From a virus, in IMG/VR virus record IMGVR_UViG_3300025853_000041, positions 41,182-105,181 of that record: a DNA stretch of 64,000 nt; one strand, given 5' to 3'. The position numbers were made by a program, and so were the translations under genes. Each line of letters begins with the position of its first letter. The stretch's first letter is position 1. This document shows positions 8,401-17,600 of the stretch, piece by piece. The notes under the pieces were generated by a model. The model was not told the origin of the DNA. It saw nothing but the letters and a program-made list of their open reading frames with translations, and made no database searches.

Positions 8401-11253
8401 AGAGAAACTTTATTAGATGATTGGATAAACTATGAGTATATTGATTTACCTTGTGATAGAGGTGGGAGCAATAAGTGTCATACCCCTGAAGATGATGAGA
8501 TAGAGTGGGCTGCTGACTGTGTAACAGACATGTGGTTTGAATCTCAGGTTAACATATCTTTAAGATATGGAATGAGTTCAAGACCTTCTACATTCTTAGC
8601 TGCTCCAGGTAAAATAGAATCTGGAAATGATTTCTTAGAACGACACTATGAACATTTTGATATCTATAAACAAAGAGATGTATCTATTTATCCTTTTACA
8701 AAATTAGATTCTCATATAATGGAGAAACTTATAACATTCAATCCTGAAAGAGAAGACAGTAAAGAGTATATAGGACACCCATTAGGAGAGTGGTATAAGA
8801 TAAACCCTGATTATAAAAGAACTAACAAAGAGAAAGTGTTTTTTCACTTACCTCTTGAATATGACTGTTGTTCAGAGTGCCAAGAAGATTTTCCTCATAG
8901 GATTAATTACTCACAACAATCTTATCAAGAAGAACTTACTGATAATTTTAGAGTGTTTTTACCTAATAATTATAGAGACATAGAGGGAGAGACAGGGCAA
9001 ATTACAGATTTGTTCAGAATTAAAAATAATATATACATACACACTGAAGAAGGATTGTGGCACCAACCTCAAAACTTTCAAGAGAGAGTTACTGGAGATA
9101 TTGTATCCTTTCTTGGTACAGGAGAATATTTTAGTACTCCTCCAAGAAAAATATTAGATGATAATAAAGCATCAGGTGGTTCAAGGCATAAAGATGCAAC
9201 TATTAAAACTAAACATGGTGTATTCTTTCCTTCTGAAAATGAAGGGAAAGTATATGTTTTTGATGGTAATGAGTTGAAACCTATTAGTGACCTGGGACTC
9301 AACTCCTGGTTCTCTGAAAATGGTAAAATTCAATTGCTTTCAGATTATTATGAGACTACTGGAAGACCTTATCCTTATGATAGTAATCCTTCTAATGTAG
9401 CAGGAGTAGGGTATGTAGCAGTTTATGATAGTTTAAAGGAAAGATATATTCTTACAAAACAAGACAGAATTCTTGCTGATACAATCACAGGAGACACTGA
9501 GATATGTGTAGATAACAATGGTAATACAATTTTGATAGCAGACTATCAAGCAACTATTGATACTTATGAAGGTAATGGATGGACATTTTTAGGTCTTGAA
9601 AACTGTCAACTAAAATTTGAAAAAATTACTTATACAACTGAAACAATAACAGGAGAAGTAACAGCAGAAGAACCTTTACCTAATGATGTAGATATTCATG
9701 TATTCTATGATACTTCAGGTTCTTTTGATGCAGCAGGGTTAGCTCAGTTACATGCAACTGTTGATGCTTGGGTAGCTAATTATGGTGCTAGTAATCCTGA
9801 TTGGATTGGTAATGTATATGAATATGATGATGCTACTGAGCAATGGCTTAAGTATGCTGACATTATGGAGAGCACTACATACTTTGGTCAAGACCTTAGT
9901 ACTAAGAATGTGCTAGTTGTTTCATTTTGTAATGAAGCTCAGGGAACTCAGGGTGATGGACCTTACCATGGAGTAGGACCAGTTGACAATCCTCTACCTG
10001 CTGTGGAAGCAACTTTTACTGCTGACTATAATAATTTTACAGAAATTACATACCCTAAGTACTTATCCTTTATAGGTATTCATTATCCTGTTGTATTTGG
10101 ACCAGGTACTCCATCTAGTGATTTAACTAGTTCAAGAAACTTTGTATTACATTCATTAGCAGCATTAAAAGGAGTTCCTTATACTTTAGCTGAAGTAAAT
10201 GCTTTAAGTGAGAATTTAGGTTTTGATACTGGAGAATGGGCAACTTTAAAAGCTTCTTTACAAGGGGCTAATCCTTATCCTAACAATGGTTTAGAAAATT
10301 TTGGTTGGCTGGTACAGGAAGATAGATATGTCTCAGCAGCAGGCAGTATAATCACTCCTGCACAGTTTCAAGAGGACATCACAGCTCTATTAGAAGGAAG
10401 TAATACTACAACAGTTACAGAAACTGTGGTAGAGGTTCAAGTTCCTGTTCTTAATACAGAATTTGTATCTGGAGTTGTAGGAGACATAACTAAAGCTGAT
10501 AATTCGTGGACTATGAGTTTCAACTTAAAGAAAAGTTCTTGGACTTCTTGGCACTCCTATATACCAAACTTCTTTATGCATATTGCAGATAAATTTTGGA
10601 GTTGGAAAATTGGTAAGAAGGCAACAGAGAAAGTTGCAGAAGAACAAAATGTATTTTGGAAGCATAATAAGAAAGGACATTATCAAAATTTCTATGGAGA
10701 AAGACATCCTTTTACAGTAGAGTATGTGTCTATGGAAGATAAACTCAAAACAAAAATTACAGATGATATTCTTTTATATACTGAAGCAAGGAAATATAAT
10801 TCTGCTATGAAGCAATATTTTGACCAAAAAGATGTCACTTTTAATAAGGCTATTTTCTATAATTCAAGTCAATGTACTGGAGAGGTTACGTTAAAAGTTA
10901 AAGATGGACCTTCATTAGACGATAAAAATTATCTTCTTGACCAGGTAATTGATATCTCTGCAGGCACTATTATTATTGATAAAAATGAAAGAGACTGGTC
11001 TATAAACGACTTAAGAGATATAAGAGTAGATATTGACCAACCTATATGGGATGCTGATATAATGTCACGCCAATCTGAATATTATACAGATAAAATATTA
11101 AATGTTTCATCTTTGGATGAAAATAAAGATTGGACTGAATTAGAAAGTTTAAGGGATAAATATTTGGTAGTTAGATTAATATTTGATACTTTTGACGATG
11201 TCAAGTTGATATTGAACTATTCCATTGATTCTCAGACAGATTCCCAAAGGTAA
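5413..11253 (+). CDS. Tail stabilisation/muzzle protein (P22 gp10-like) with hydrophobic hairpin and vWA-like insertion
   Basis: N-terminal GLHLD...YRYALNAV...NEESN, IYWVDG; C-terminal WTSWHSYIP and LRDKYLVVRL; size and synteny match crAss-like Tstab. Confidence 0.75.
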   Translation: MAKKITETGIGLHLDSAIVERPKGTYRYALNAVMETDLGDISLLSNEESNEPCAYLPQGYTPLGKVYIGDNRTAIFSKSADGLLDEIGILDNACTYTTHVNGDLGFSINHQIDATYRLRRGCETTIYWVDGKNNKPMYYVFEKPQQFKDGAGDWLKTKFELQRSYRKVPKFEDVILQNSGGALPPGSYNIAVQYLDENLNPTEWIATSEVIICYGDDTTEAYLEIEGEINIAEGADVEDYRTFGDTDKSIKVVMDNLDETFLYYRLAFIGANNGSGQINEIHFTEKLPTQNNIFIYTGTNFETEGTLEEIAEFNSIIESAGSIEQADNILILGNTQGKQINYCNLQRYASRINTDLVTKKVFTNQMVDEANPKYPTARFNGVGYQPGEIYSLGVVYVFGDGTQTPVYHIPGKNPTILDSGLNNVSQDFVFAPGENVYPMSPDNESLNSVYSDNDTCSNSDYWGTDSIGDALKFSKVRHHRFPKRSELGIDFVNVETVIGGDTTFYQVSLNITGNLVTNWICDEAGVTAGTCSVVGEQVPMPTFQARVTFDVDGVTDYLIVNINPSDYIESGLTTAINITEYSDYYTTPLITITNIEESLDDGTSASIGVSSGTGDAEHGLLSYQAASGTAVFTAETKIYSTQIYGLKFSNIELPPTSVTNGEKIIGYYIVRNERTEEEKTILDTAVLTPSTINEKYIAHGLLYPEFGTLDRKISDRVFGLISPEFLFEGKKYPEFTSLKQEGRFSVIDRLKSKSRYLDITDGSSYDSSVHKSGGGKDKDGWSIKAITRDNITEFEKVYDDFNLVQDDVEDIFYLDALQSRDIEDDSFSVFNIAGDNKVGILQLKEDTSAVIDNTLPYVYLERPIADSYSTFRSLPYYKVSQNLHEFYLADGETYDPASAEATLFNGDTYITALRYLNTVWWDNRVAKRAGRTSVWDYIIGAILLVIGTILLIFGGSGALVIGAGIAIIGGSSLFVSSGIRRDALVRAYYDEYDKGLRETLLDDWINYEYIDLPCDRGGSNKCHTPEDDEIEWAADCVTDMWFESQVNISLRYGMSSRPSTFLAAPGKIESGNDFLERHYEHFDIYKQRDVSIYPFTKLDSHIMEKLITFNPEREDSKEYIGHPLGEWYKINPDYKRTNKEKVFFHLPLEYDCCSECQEDFPHRINYSQQSYQEELTDNFRVFLPNNYRDIEGETGQITDLFRIKNNIYIHTEEGLWHQPQNFQERVTGDIVSFLGTGEYFSTPPRKILDDNKASGGSRHKDATIKTKHGVFFPSENEGKVYVFDGNELKPISDLGLNSWFSENGKIQLLSDYYETTGRPYPYDSNPSNVAGVGYVAVYDSLKERYILTKQDRILADTITGDTEICVDNNGNTILIADYQATIDTYEGNGWTFLGLENCQLKFEKITYTTETITGEVTAEEPLPNDVDIHVFYDTSGSFDAAGLAQLHATVDAWVANYGASNPDWIGNVYEYDDATEQWLKYADIMESTTYFGQDLSTKNVLVVSFCNEAQGTQGDGPYHGVGPVDNPLPAVEATFTADYNNFTEITYPKYLSFIGIHYPVVFGPGTPSSDLTSSRNFVLHSLAALKGVPYTLAEVNALSENLGFDTGEWATLKASLQGANPYPNNGLENFGWLVQEDRYVSAAGSIITPAQFQEDITALLEGSNTTTVTETVVEVQVPVLNTEFVSGVVGDITKADNSWTMSFNLKKSSWTSWHSYIPNFFMHIADKFWSWKIGKKATEKVAEEQNVFWKHNKKGHYQNFYGERHPFTVEYVSMEDKLKTKITDDILLYTEARKYNSAMKQYFDQKDVTFNKAIFYNSSQCTGEVTLKVKDGPSLDDKNYLLDQVIDISAGTIIIDKNERDWSINDLRDIRVDIDQPIWDADIMSRQSEYYTDKILNVSSLDENKDWTELESLRDKYLVVRLIFDTFDDVKLILNYSIDSQTDSQR
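11163..11194 (+). promoter_or_regulatory. Bacteroidota housekeeping-type promoter upstream of the cargo/RNAP genes
   Basis: TTTG (11163-66), 20-nt spacer, TACTTTTG (11187-94): exact TTTG-N19-21-TAnnTTTG consensus about 90 nt before ATG 11282. Confidence 0.55.
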
Positions 11254-11281
11254 AGTTTTAAATTAATTAATTAAGATAAAT

Positions 11282-12793
11282 ATGAAAAAGAAAAAAGTTA
11301 AGAAATATCAATTGGGAACAGGAAAAAATGGTGTTGTAAGACATTATATTGAAAGTCCTGCTGAAACTATGGTAGAAAATGATATCATGATGGCAAAAGC
11401 AAAAGCTGAAGCTGCTGACAATCAGTGGGCTAAAGGTTTAGACTTGTTTGGGAATATGGCAATCCAATATGGAATGTCTCAAGCAGGAGGCTTAGGTGGT
11501 GTTGGACAAGGAATAGGAGAAGGAATGGGAAATATATTTGGAGGAAACAACACAAAAGGTATGATGGAAATACCAGGAGCAGTGGTTAGTAGAGCAGCTT
11601 TTGGAGGAACAGCAGGAGAAGTGCCAGTGGAAGTTGAAGGAGATGAGGTAGCAGAGTTGCCTGATGGTGGACTAATTGATTTTGAAGGTCCTTCACATGA
11701 AGATGGTGGTATAAATACAAATTTACCAGAAGGAACAGATATTTTTTCTAAGAGGATTAAAGTGAGTGGAAAAACAATGGCTGAGAGAAGATTAGCCAGA
11801 ATGAAGAAGGAAAAAACTTTAACAGACCTATTAAAAGGGTCAAATTCTCATGATGTGGTTCTTAATCAAACTCTAAAAAGAACACAAGAAAACAACGCTA
11901 TGGAACAAGAAAAAGATAAAAGATTACAACATGTGGTAAAACTATTACATGGAATGACAACTGCTAAAGTCAACCCAGGAACCCCTCAAGAAGCTAGTTT
12001 TGGTACATTCTTTAAAGGACTTTTTGGTGATTCAGAAACAGGAGAAAAAGGAAGTCTGAATTTCACAGGAGGAGATTTAGTAGGTTTGGCTGGTACATTG
12101 TATTCAGCATTTGAACCTATGAAAAACACACAAGAACAAAGAGCAGGAGATACTCCTAATATAAATGCTTTTAAAGATTTTGGTGTGGACGCTTTAGATA
12201 CAATGGAGTCAGCAAAAAGTTATATAGGAAGTGTACAAGATAATGCTTTACAAGATATTGAATCTAGTAGAACTAAAGCTACTCTACAAAACAGACAATC
12301 AGCAAGAGGTGTAAATGTTATGAGAGCATTAGACACAGCTACTCAACTTAATGCTGACAAAGCAAAAGGGGATATCTATGATAAGTTTGCCACACAAATG
12401 ATGAACATGCTTACAAGACAAGCAGGTTTAGAGAATGAGCAAGATTTACAAGTAATGACAGGAGAGCAAACTAGAGATGATGCTGATAGACGAGACAGAG
12501 ATAATTACTACTCTCAATTAGCTAAAGATATTGCAAGTAAAGGACAAGGCATTCAACAAGCAGGAAAAATGCTTAATCAAAATAAAGCAAATACTGTTTC
12601 TGAAAATTTACTTAATCAAACTTCAAAAAATTATAGAGTTGATAGTAATGGTAATATCCTTCTTAAAAGTGGAGATAGAGAAATGAGTGTAGAAGAAAGT
12701 TTAGCTTATGCACAATCATTAGGTTTTAAGACAGTAGAAGCATACCTTGAAAGTCTTTTACCTGGTGCAACAACTGAAAAAACAACTGATTAA
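11282..12793 (+). CDS. Internal virion (cargo/ejection) protein 1
   Basis: VEVEGDE...GPSHEDGGI motif typical of crAss-like cargo proteins; Gly-rich segments; no Cys. Confidence 0.65.
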   Translation: MKKKKVKKYQLGTGKNGVVRHYIESPAETMVENDIMMAKAKAEAADNQWAKGLDLFGNMAIQYGMSQAGGLGGVGQGIGEGMGNIFGGNNTKGMMEIPGAVVSRAAFGGTAGEVPVEVEGDEVAELPDGGLIDFEGPSHEDGGINTNLPEGTDIFSKRIKVSGKTMAERRLARMKKEKTLTDLLKGSNSHDVVLNQTLKRTQENNAMEQEKDKRLQHVVKLLHGMTTAKVNPGTPQEASFGTFFKGLFGDSETGEKGSLNFTGGDLVGLAGTLYSAFEPMKNTQEQRAGDTPNINAFKDFGVDALDTMESAKSYIGSVQDNALQDIESSRTKATLQNRQSARGVNVMRALDTATQLNADKAKGDIYDKFATQMMNMLTRQAGLENEQDLQVMTGEQTRDDADRRDRDNYYSQLAKDIASKGQGIQQAGKMLNQNKANTVSENLLNQTSKNYRVDSNGNILLKSGDREMSVEESLAYAQSLGFKTVEAYLESLLPGATTEKTTD

Positions 12794-12795
12794 TT

Positions 12796-14652
12796 ATGGG
12801 AAGATACTATGAAACTGCTAAACCTACCTTTGTAGATGATATTATTTACAAAGCACCTTATGAACTAATTGCAAGAGCTTTACAAACTAAAGACCTACAA
12901 GTAGAACAAGATAATGCTACCATTGATGAATTTGATGTGTTAGGTGAAGATAAAAAATATACTGAGAAAGACAAAGAGAAAAGAAATGCTATTCTCAATG
13001 AATATAGAGCAGAGGCTGATAAAATAGCTCAGCAAATTCAAGCTAACCCTCAGCATAGAAGTGCTTATATGAGGCAAATTGATGCTGCTAAAAGAAAGTT
13101 TGAAAAAGAAATTAGCACTGGATTCTTAGAGGCTGCAGACAGAAATTATAGTTTACGAGAAGCTGAAAGAAAGAAAATAGAGGCTAGAACTGATATAGGT
13201 GCAGAACAAAAAGCTGTTGCCCTTGCTCAATTGGACCACCTATTTAAAGGGTCTGATGCTGAGGAAGACAATGTTTATCAAGAAGGTATGCATATATATG
13301 AGAAGTTAGATGAAGAGAAATTCATTAAAGATAAGAAAGCTGTAATCACAGCTAACTCTATAAAAACAAAAACTAATAGAACTGATGGTTGGTATTTTAC
13401 AACTGATACAGGAGACAGAAAATTTATTGAGGAGGATAAACTAGACGATATCTTTGAAAATTCTACTGGTGTAGGTAAATGGGAGAAAGCTTTGTTGCAA
13501 AGACTAGATTGGCAAGTTGACCAAGGAGTTATTACACCTGAAGAAAGAGATAGAACTTTCTATGAATCAAGAGAAACATTTAAACAAGATTTTATTAAGT
13601 CTTTAGAATTTGAACAAAAAGATACAGCAGAAAATATTTTATCCAAAGATGGTACTGCTGCTCAAAGACAAAGTCTTTCTATGGCTTGGGGTAGATATAA
13701 TAAAGAAATGGATGAAATAGAAGATACAGGACAAGTTACTATTGATAGAGATATGATTCCTGTGCCTGAAGAAAATAAAACTGAAACTGATATGGAAGCT
13801 ACTGCCTATAATGCTTCAGCTAAAAACTTTAAAAACTCTATTAGAGAAAGATTATTGGCTTCAGGTAATTTTACTACTGAAGTTCCTGTAAGTGGGGATG
13901 CACCTCAAACTGAAGCTGCAACTGCAGGTGTACAGACAGATGAAGAAGCTCTTAATGCAGCAGTAGAGGCTGAGTATAAAGAGACTCTTGACATTTTAGC
14001 ATTACCTTTAGAGCAAAGACGAGATGCTACTAAAAGTATGATTGAAAATGGATACTTACCTTCAGAAATTAATAATCTGATTAACTTTGCTGAGAACAAA
14101 AAAGAAGTATATGATGCTGCTGTTATGACCAGTAAAGAAAAGAAAACATTTAAAGAAGATACTTATAGTCTTATTCCTCCTACTTTAGTGGGACAGGTTA
14201 CTTTACCTGATGGAACAGTCAAGAATATGACTAAAGCTGAATTTGAAAAAACAGCAGAGACTTTAATACCTACTAAAAAGACAGTAGAAAAACCTTTATT
14301 TGTAGTATCAAATGGAGAGAAAATTGCTGCTTGGAAAAGCTCCTCAGGTAACTTAATTAAAATTAGAACAGTAGATGGAGAAGATGTTCCTTTATCTGAA
14401 TATGACCCTAATGGAGAGTATGAAGCAGGTAAAAAAGCAGGTACAGAAAAAGCCACAGAAGTTGTTGGAGTTCAAGAAGACTTTGATATTAATAAAATGA
14501 GTCTTTCAACAACCAAAAAATACAAATCAAATAGTCCACTACAAAGAAAAACTGAGAACCAAAAACTCAACATTCATGTAACAACCTCTGAAGGTCCTAT
14601 GGTATTTAGAATCAACAGAACTAAAGAGGGAGATTACACATCAATAAAATAA
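12796..14652 (+). CDS. Internal virion (cargo/ejection) protein 2
   Basis: Helical, charged, Cys-free; lies between cargo 1 and the vRNAP. Confidence 0.6.
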   Translation: MGRYYETAKPTFVDDIIYKAPYELIARALQTKDLQVEQDNATIDEFDVLGEDKKYTEKDKEKRNAILNEYRAEADKIAQQIQANPQHRSAYMRQIDAAKRKFEKEISTGFLEAADRNYSLREAERKKIEARTDIGAEQKAVALAQLDHLFKGSDAEEDNVYQEGMHIYEKLDEEKFIKDKKAVITANSIKTKTNRTDGWYFTTDTGDRKFIEEDKLDDIFENSTGVGKWEKALLQRLDWQVDQGVITPEERDRTFYESRETFKQDFIKSLEFEQKDTAENILSKDGTAAQRQSLSMAWGRYNKEMDEIEDTGQVTIDRDMIPVPEENKTETDMEATAYNASAKNFKNSIRERLLASGNFTTEVPVSGDAPQTEAATAGVQTDEEALNAAVEAEYKETLDILALPLEQRRDATKSMIENGYLPSEINNLINFAENKKEVYDAAVMTSKEKKTFKEDTYSLIPPTLVGQVTLPDGTVKNMTKAEFEKTAETLIPTKKTVEKPLFVVSNGEKIAAWKSSSGNLIKIRTVDGEDVPLSEYDPNGEYEAGKKAGTEKATEVVGVQEDFDINKMSLSTTKKYKSNSPLQRKTENQKLNIHVTTSEGPMVFRINRTKEGDYTSIK

Positions 14653-14659
14653 AAAATTT

Positions 14660-17600
14660 ATGAACGAAGAAGATATCTTACAACTCAAATTAGCTGGGTA
14701 CATAGTAGAGAATGGGAATATATTAAGTCCTGAAGGTCAGTTTTTATCTAACGTAGAAGTTAATGGTAAAGCTTACAATTCTCTTGATTCAGAAGAAGAT
14801 TATAATTATCTTAAAGAAGCTGAAGAAACTATTTTATCAGATAGAACTGCTGCTGAAGAAGCCAAAAATCAACAAAAAGAAAAGATTACTCAATATGAAG
14901 CAAATCCTTTAATTTTTGCTGACCTTGATGATGTGTCTGATGAGGTGTTTACTGAATATATGGACAAAAAGGCTGAAGATAATGAGCCTGGAGCCTATAT
15001 GCTTAAAGATGATTTGATTGCTGAAAAGAAATCAGAAGCTATTCAAGAGGACCTAGTTAATAATTTAGAGACAGGTGAGCCATTAAGTACAAACACAATC
15101 TTCACTGAAATTCAAAAAGATACTATGTTTCAAGACAAAGGTATTAATTTTGATATTTTAAAAGAAGTATTACCTACTGAGAATAGAATAAAAGAAATTG
15201 AAAACGTAGATGAAGATGTGGACACTATACTAAAAGGTGTCACATCTGAAAAAAAGGATAAAGATAGAAATATTTTTAGCAAGTTAGGAGATTGGATGTG
15301 GGATGGCATATATAGTGGTATTGCTGCATTGACTCCTGATGGTGTTGGAATGGATGATAAAGACCTTAAAAAAGAGTATGTTGGGTTAAATGAAAAAAGA
15401 AAAAATCTTTTAAAACCTGAGATTGCTAAAATAAGTAATGTCTTAAAAGAAGAATTAGATTTTTACAATAAAGACTATGAAGAAAATTATTCCAATGCTG
15501 GTGCTCTATTTGGTAGAGAAGACCAAGATATTAATAATTATGTTAGACGACAATTACAATCTAAAATAAATTATTTAGACTCTTTTGTTGATGATGCAAA
15601 TGTTTATAACTTAATCAGTGAAGAATTTTTAACTGATGTGGGAACACTTGGGTTAAGAGATGCTCATGATGCTGTTAAGTATCGTGCCCATTTAATAGGT
15701 AAACTAGAGAATGGAGAAGAACTAACACCTACTGAACAAAGAGCTGTTGAGAATCTAGGAAGAATAGATTTATTGGGTGGTTTAGATTTAGAACAAAGTA
15801 CATTATATAATTTAACTTATGGTGCAGGACATTCTGTATCTTATTTAGCTGGTGGTGTCTTTGGTAGAATGGCTGGTAAAGTTGTTGGTAAAGGCATTGC
15901 CAAAGGTGTTACAGGAGCTGTTGGGTCTAACTTTGCAAGTAAATTAGCCACTGCAGGTGGTAAGCAAGTTGTAAAAGAGTCTATTGGAAGAACAGTAGGT
16001 TTAGTAGGAGATATTGCAACTCAAGCTACACTACATACTTCTAATTTAGCAAATACTATTGACAATTATTATGGAACAGTTCATATGGGCTTTGATGAAG
16101 ATGGTAATAAAGTTCTAGAAACAGATAGAATGCAATATGAATCTGTTCAAAGAGATATAACTTTATATGAAGATGCATTAAATAGTGGACTTGTTCCTGA
16201 AGACCAACTAGAAGCAACAAAAAGTAATCTAAAATACCTAAAACAAATGTTTAGTGAGATGAAAGAGCCTCAAACAGTTGGAGGTGCTCTGGCTAAATCT
16301 TGGACAGGCAACTTTGTTGAATCTGCTTCAGAGGTGGCAACTCTTAATGTTCTTAAAGGTATTCCTAATAACCTTGTAACTAGAAAACTAACTGAAGGAC
16401 TTAGAAAAACACCTACTTGGAAAAATTTAGTTTCAAAGACAAAATCTTTCACAGCAGGACCTACTAATATTCTAAATAAAATAAATAAGCCTTTCCCTAA
16501 AACTATGGAAGCTTTGAACAGCTTCTCTGGGAATAGATTAGGAAATGTCACTATTGGTGGCAACTTAGAAGAGGCATTAGAAGAAGTTGCAGTACAGGTA
16601 GTCCCAGTTTGGGGAGAAACTGACAAAGAAGCTGCAGCAAGAAAAGATGAACTACTTCATGGAAGTTTCTATTTCAATGTTTTAGCTCAAGCTCCACTAC
16701 AAAAAATAATTATGAGCCCTGTTGGTACTGCCATCAGAGGTAAAAATTATATAAATAGGAAATTAGATGCAGATTACAGACAAACTAAAAAGAATTTCAA
16801 TGAGTTAATGAAAGACTTACAAAAAGGAGGTCTTGAAAAAGAAGAGTTTGATGAAATACTAATGGCTGCAGGAAGTGGAAACTTTAGCCAACTAGAATAT
16901 AAGAACAAGATTAAGGAGTTAGATGAAAGAGGTGAAACTGTACAAGCTAATAAGATTCGAGAAAATAGAATCTTTAATGCAGCTTTTATGGCAATGAAAC
17001 ATGGTAAAGGCAAAGAGTTCATTTCTGCTTTAGAAAAATCTTTAGCTAAGCAACAAGCACCAACTACAATTCCTACACAAAAAGAGGCAGCTACTATTGC
17101 TGCAACTATACAGGCTATTACTGAAGCAAAAGCTGTTCAAAAAAGTATGAAAAAAGTTGAAGGGCTACCTAATGCTGAATTTATTTTGAACTTAGAATAT
17201 AATAAAAGAAACTTAGAAAAGAATAAAGAAGGTATTAGAGCAGAATTGTCTGCTATTGATGCTTCTGAGTTACTAAGTGATGAGCAGAAAGAAGGGCAAA
17301 GACTTATGTGGGATGGTCTTATGGAAGATACAGAAAAAGGTCTTAGGGTTTTAAATAAAAAGATAGAAGGTGAAAAATCACCTACAAAAATAAAAAGATA
17401 TAAGGATGAGGCTTCTATGATGGTGTTTGCAAAACGTCATTTAGAACAACAGAAAAAAGAAGGAGTAGAACAAATGAGCTTAGAGACAGCAATAGAAGAA
17501 GCTTATGGTAAGTCTATTTCTAATTCGAGTAAGAAGAAAGTCCTTAAAACAATGGAAGCAGTAGAAATACTACAAATAGCTCAACAAGAAGCTAAAGAAA

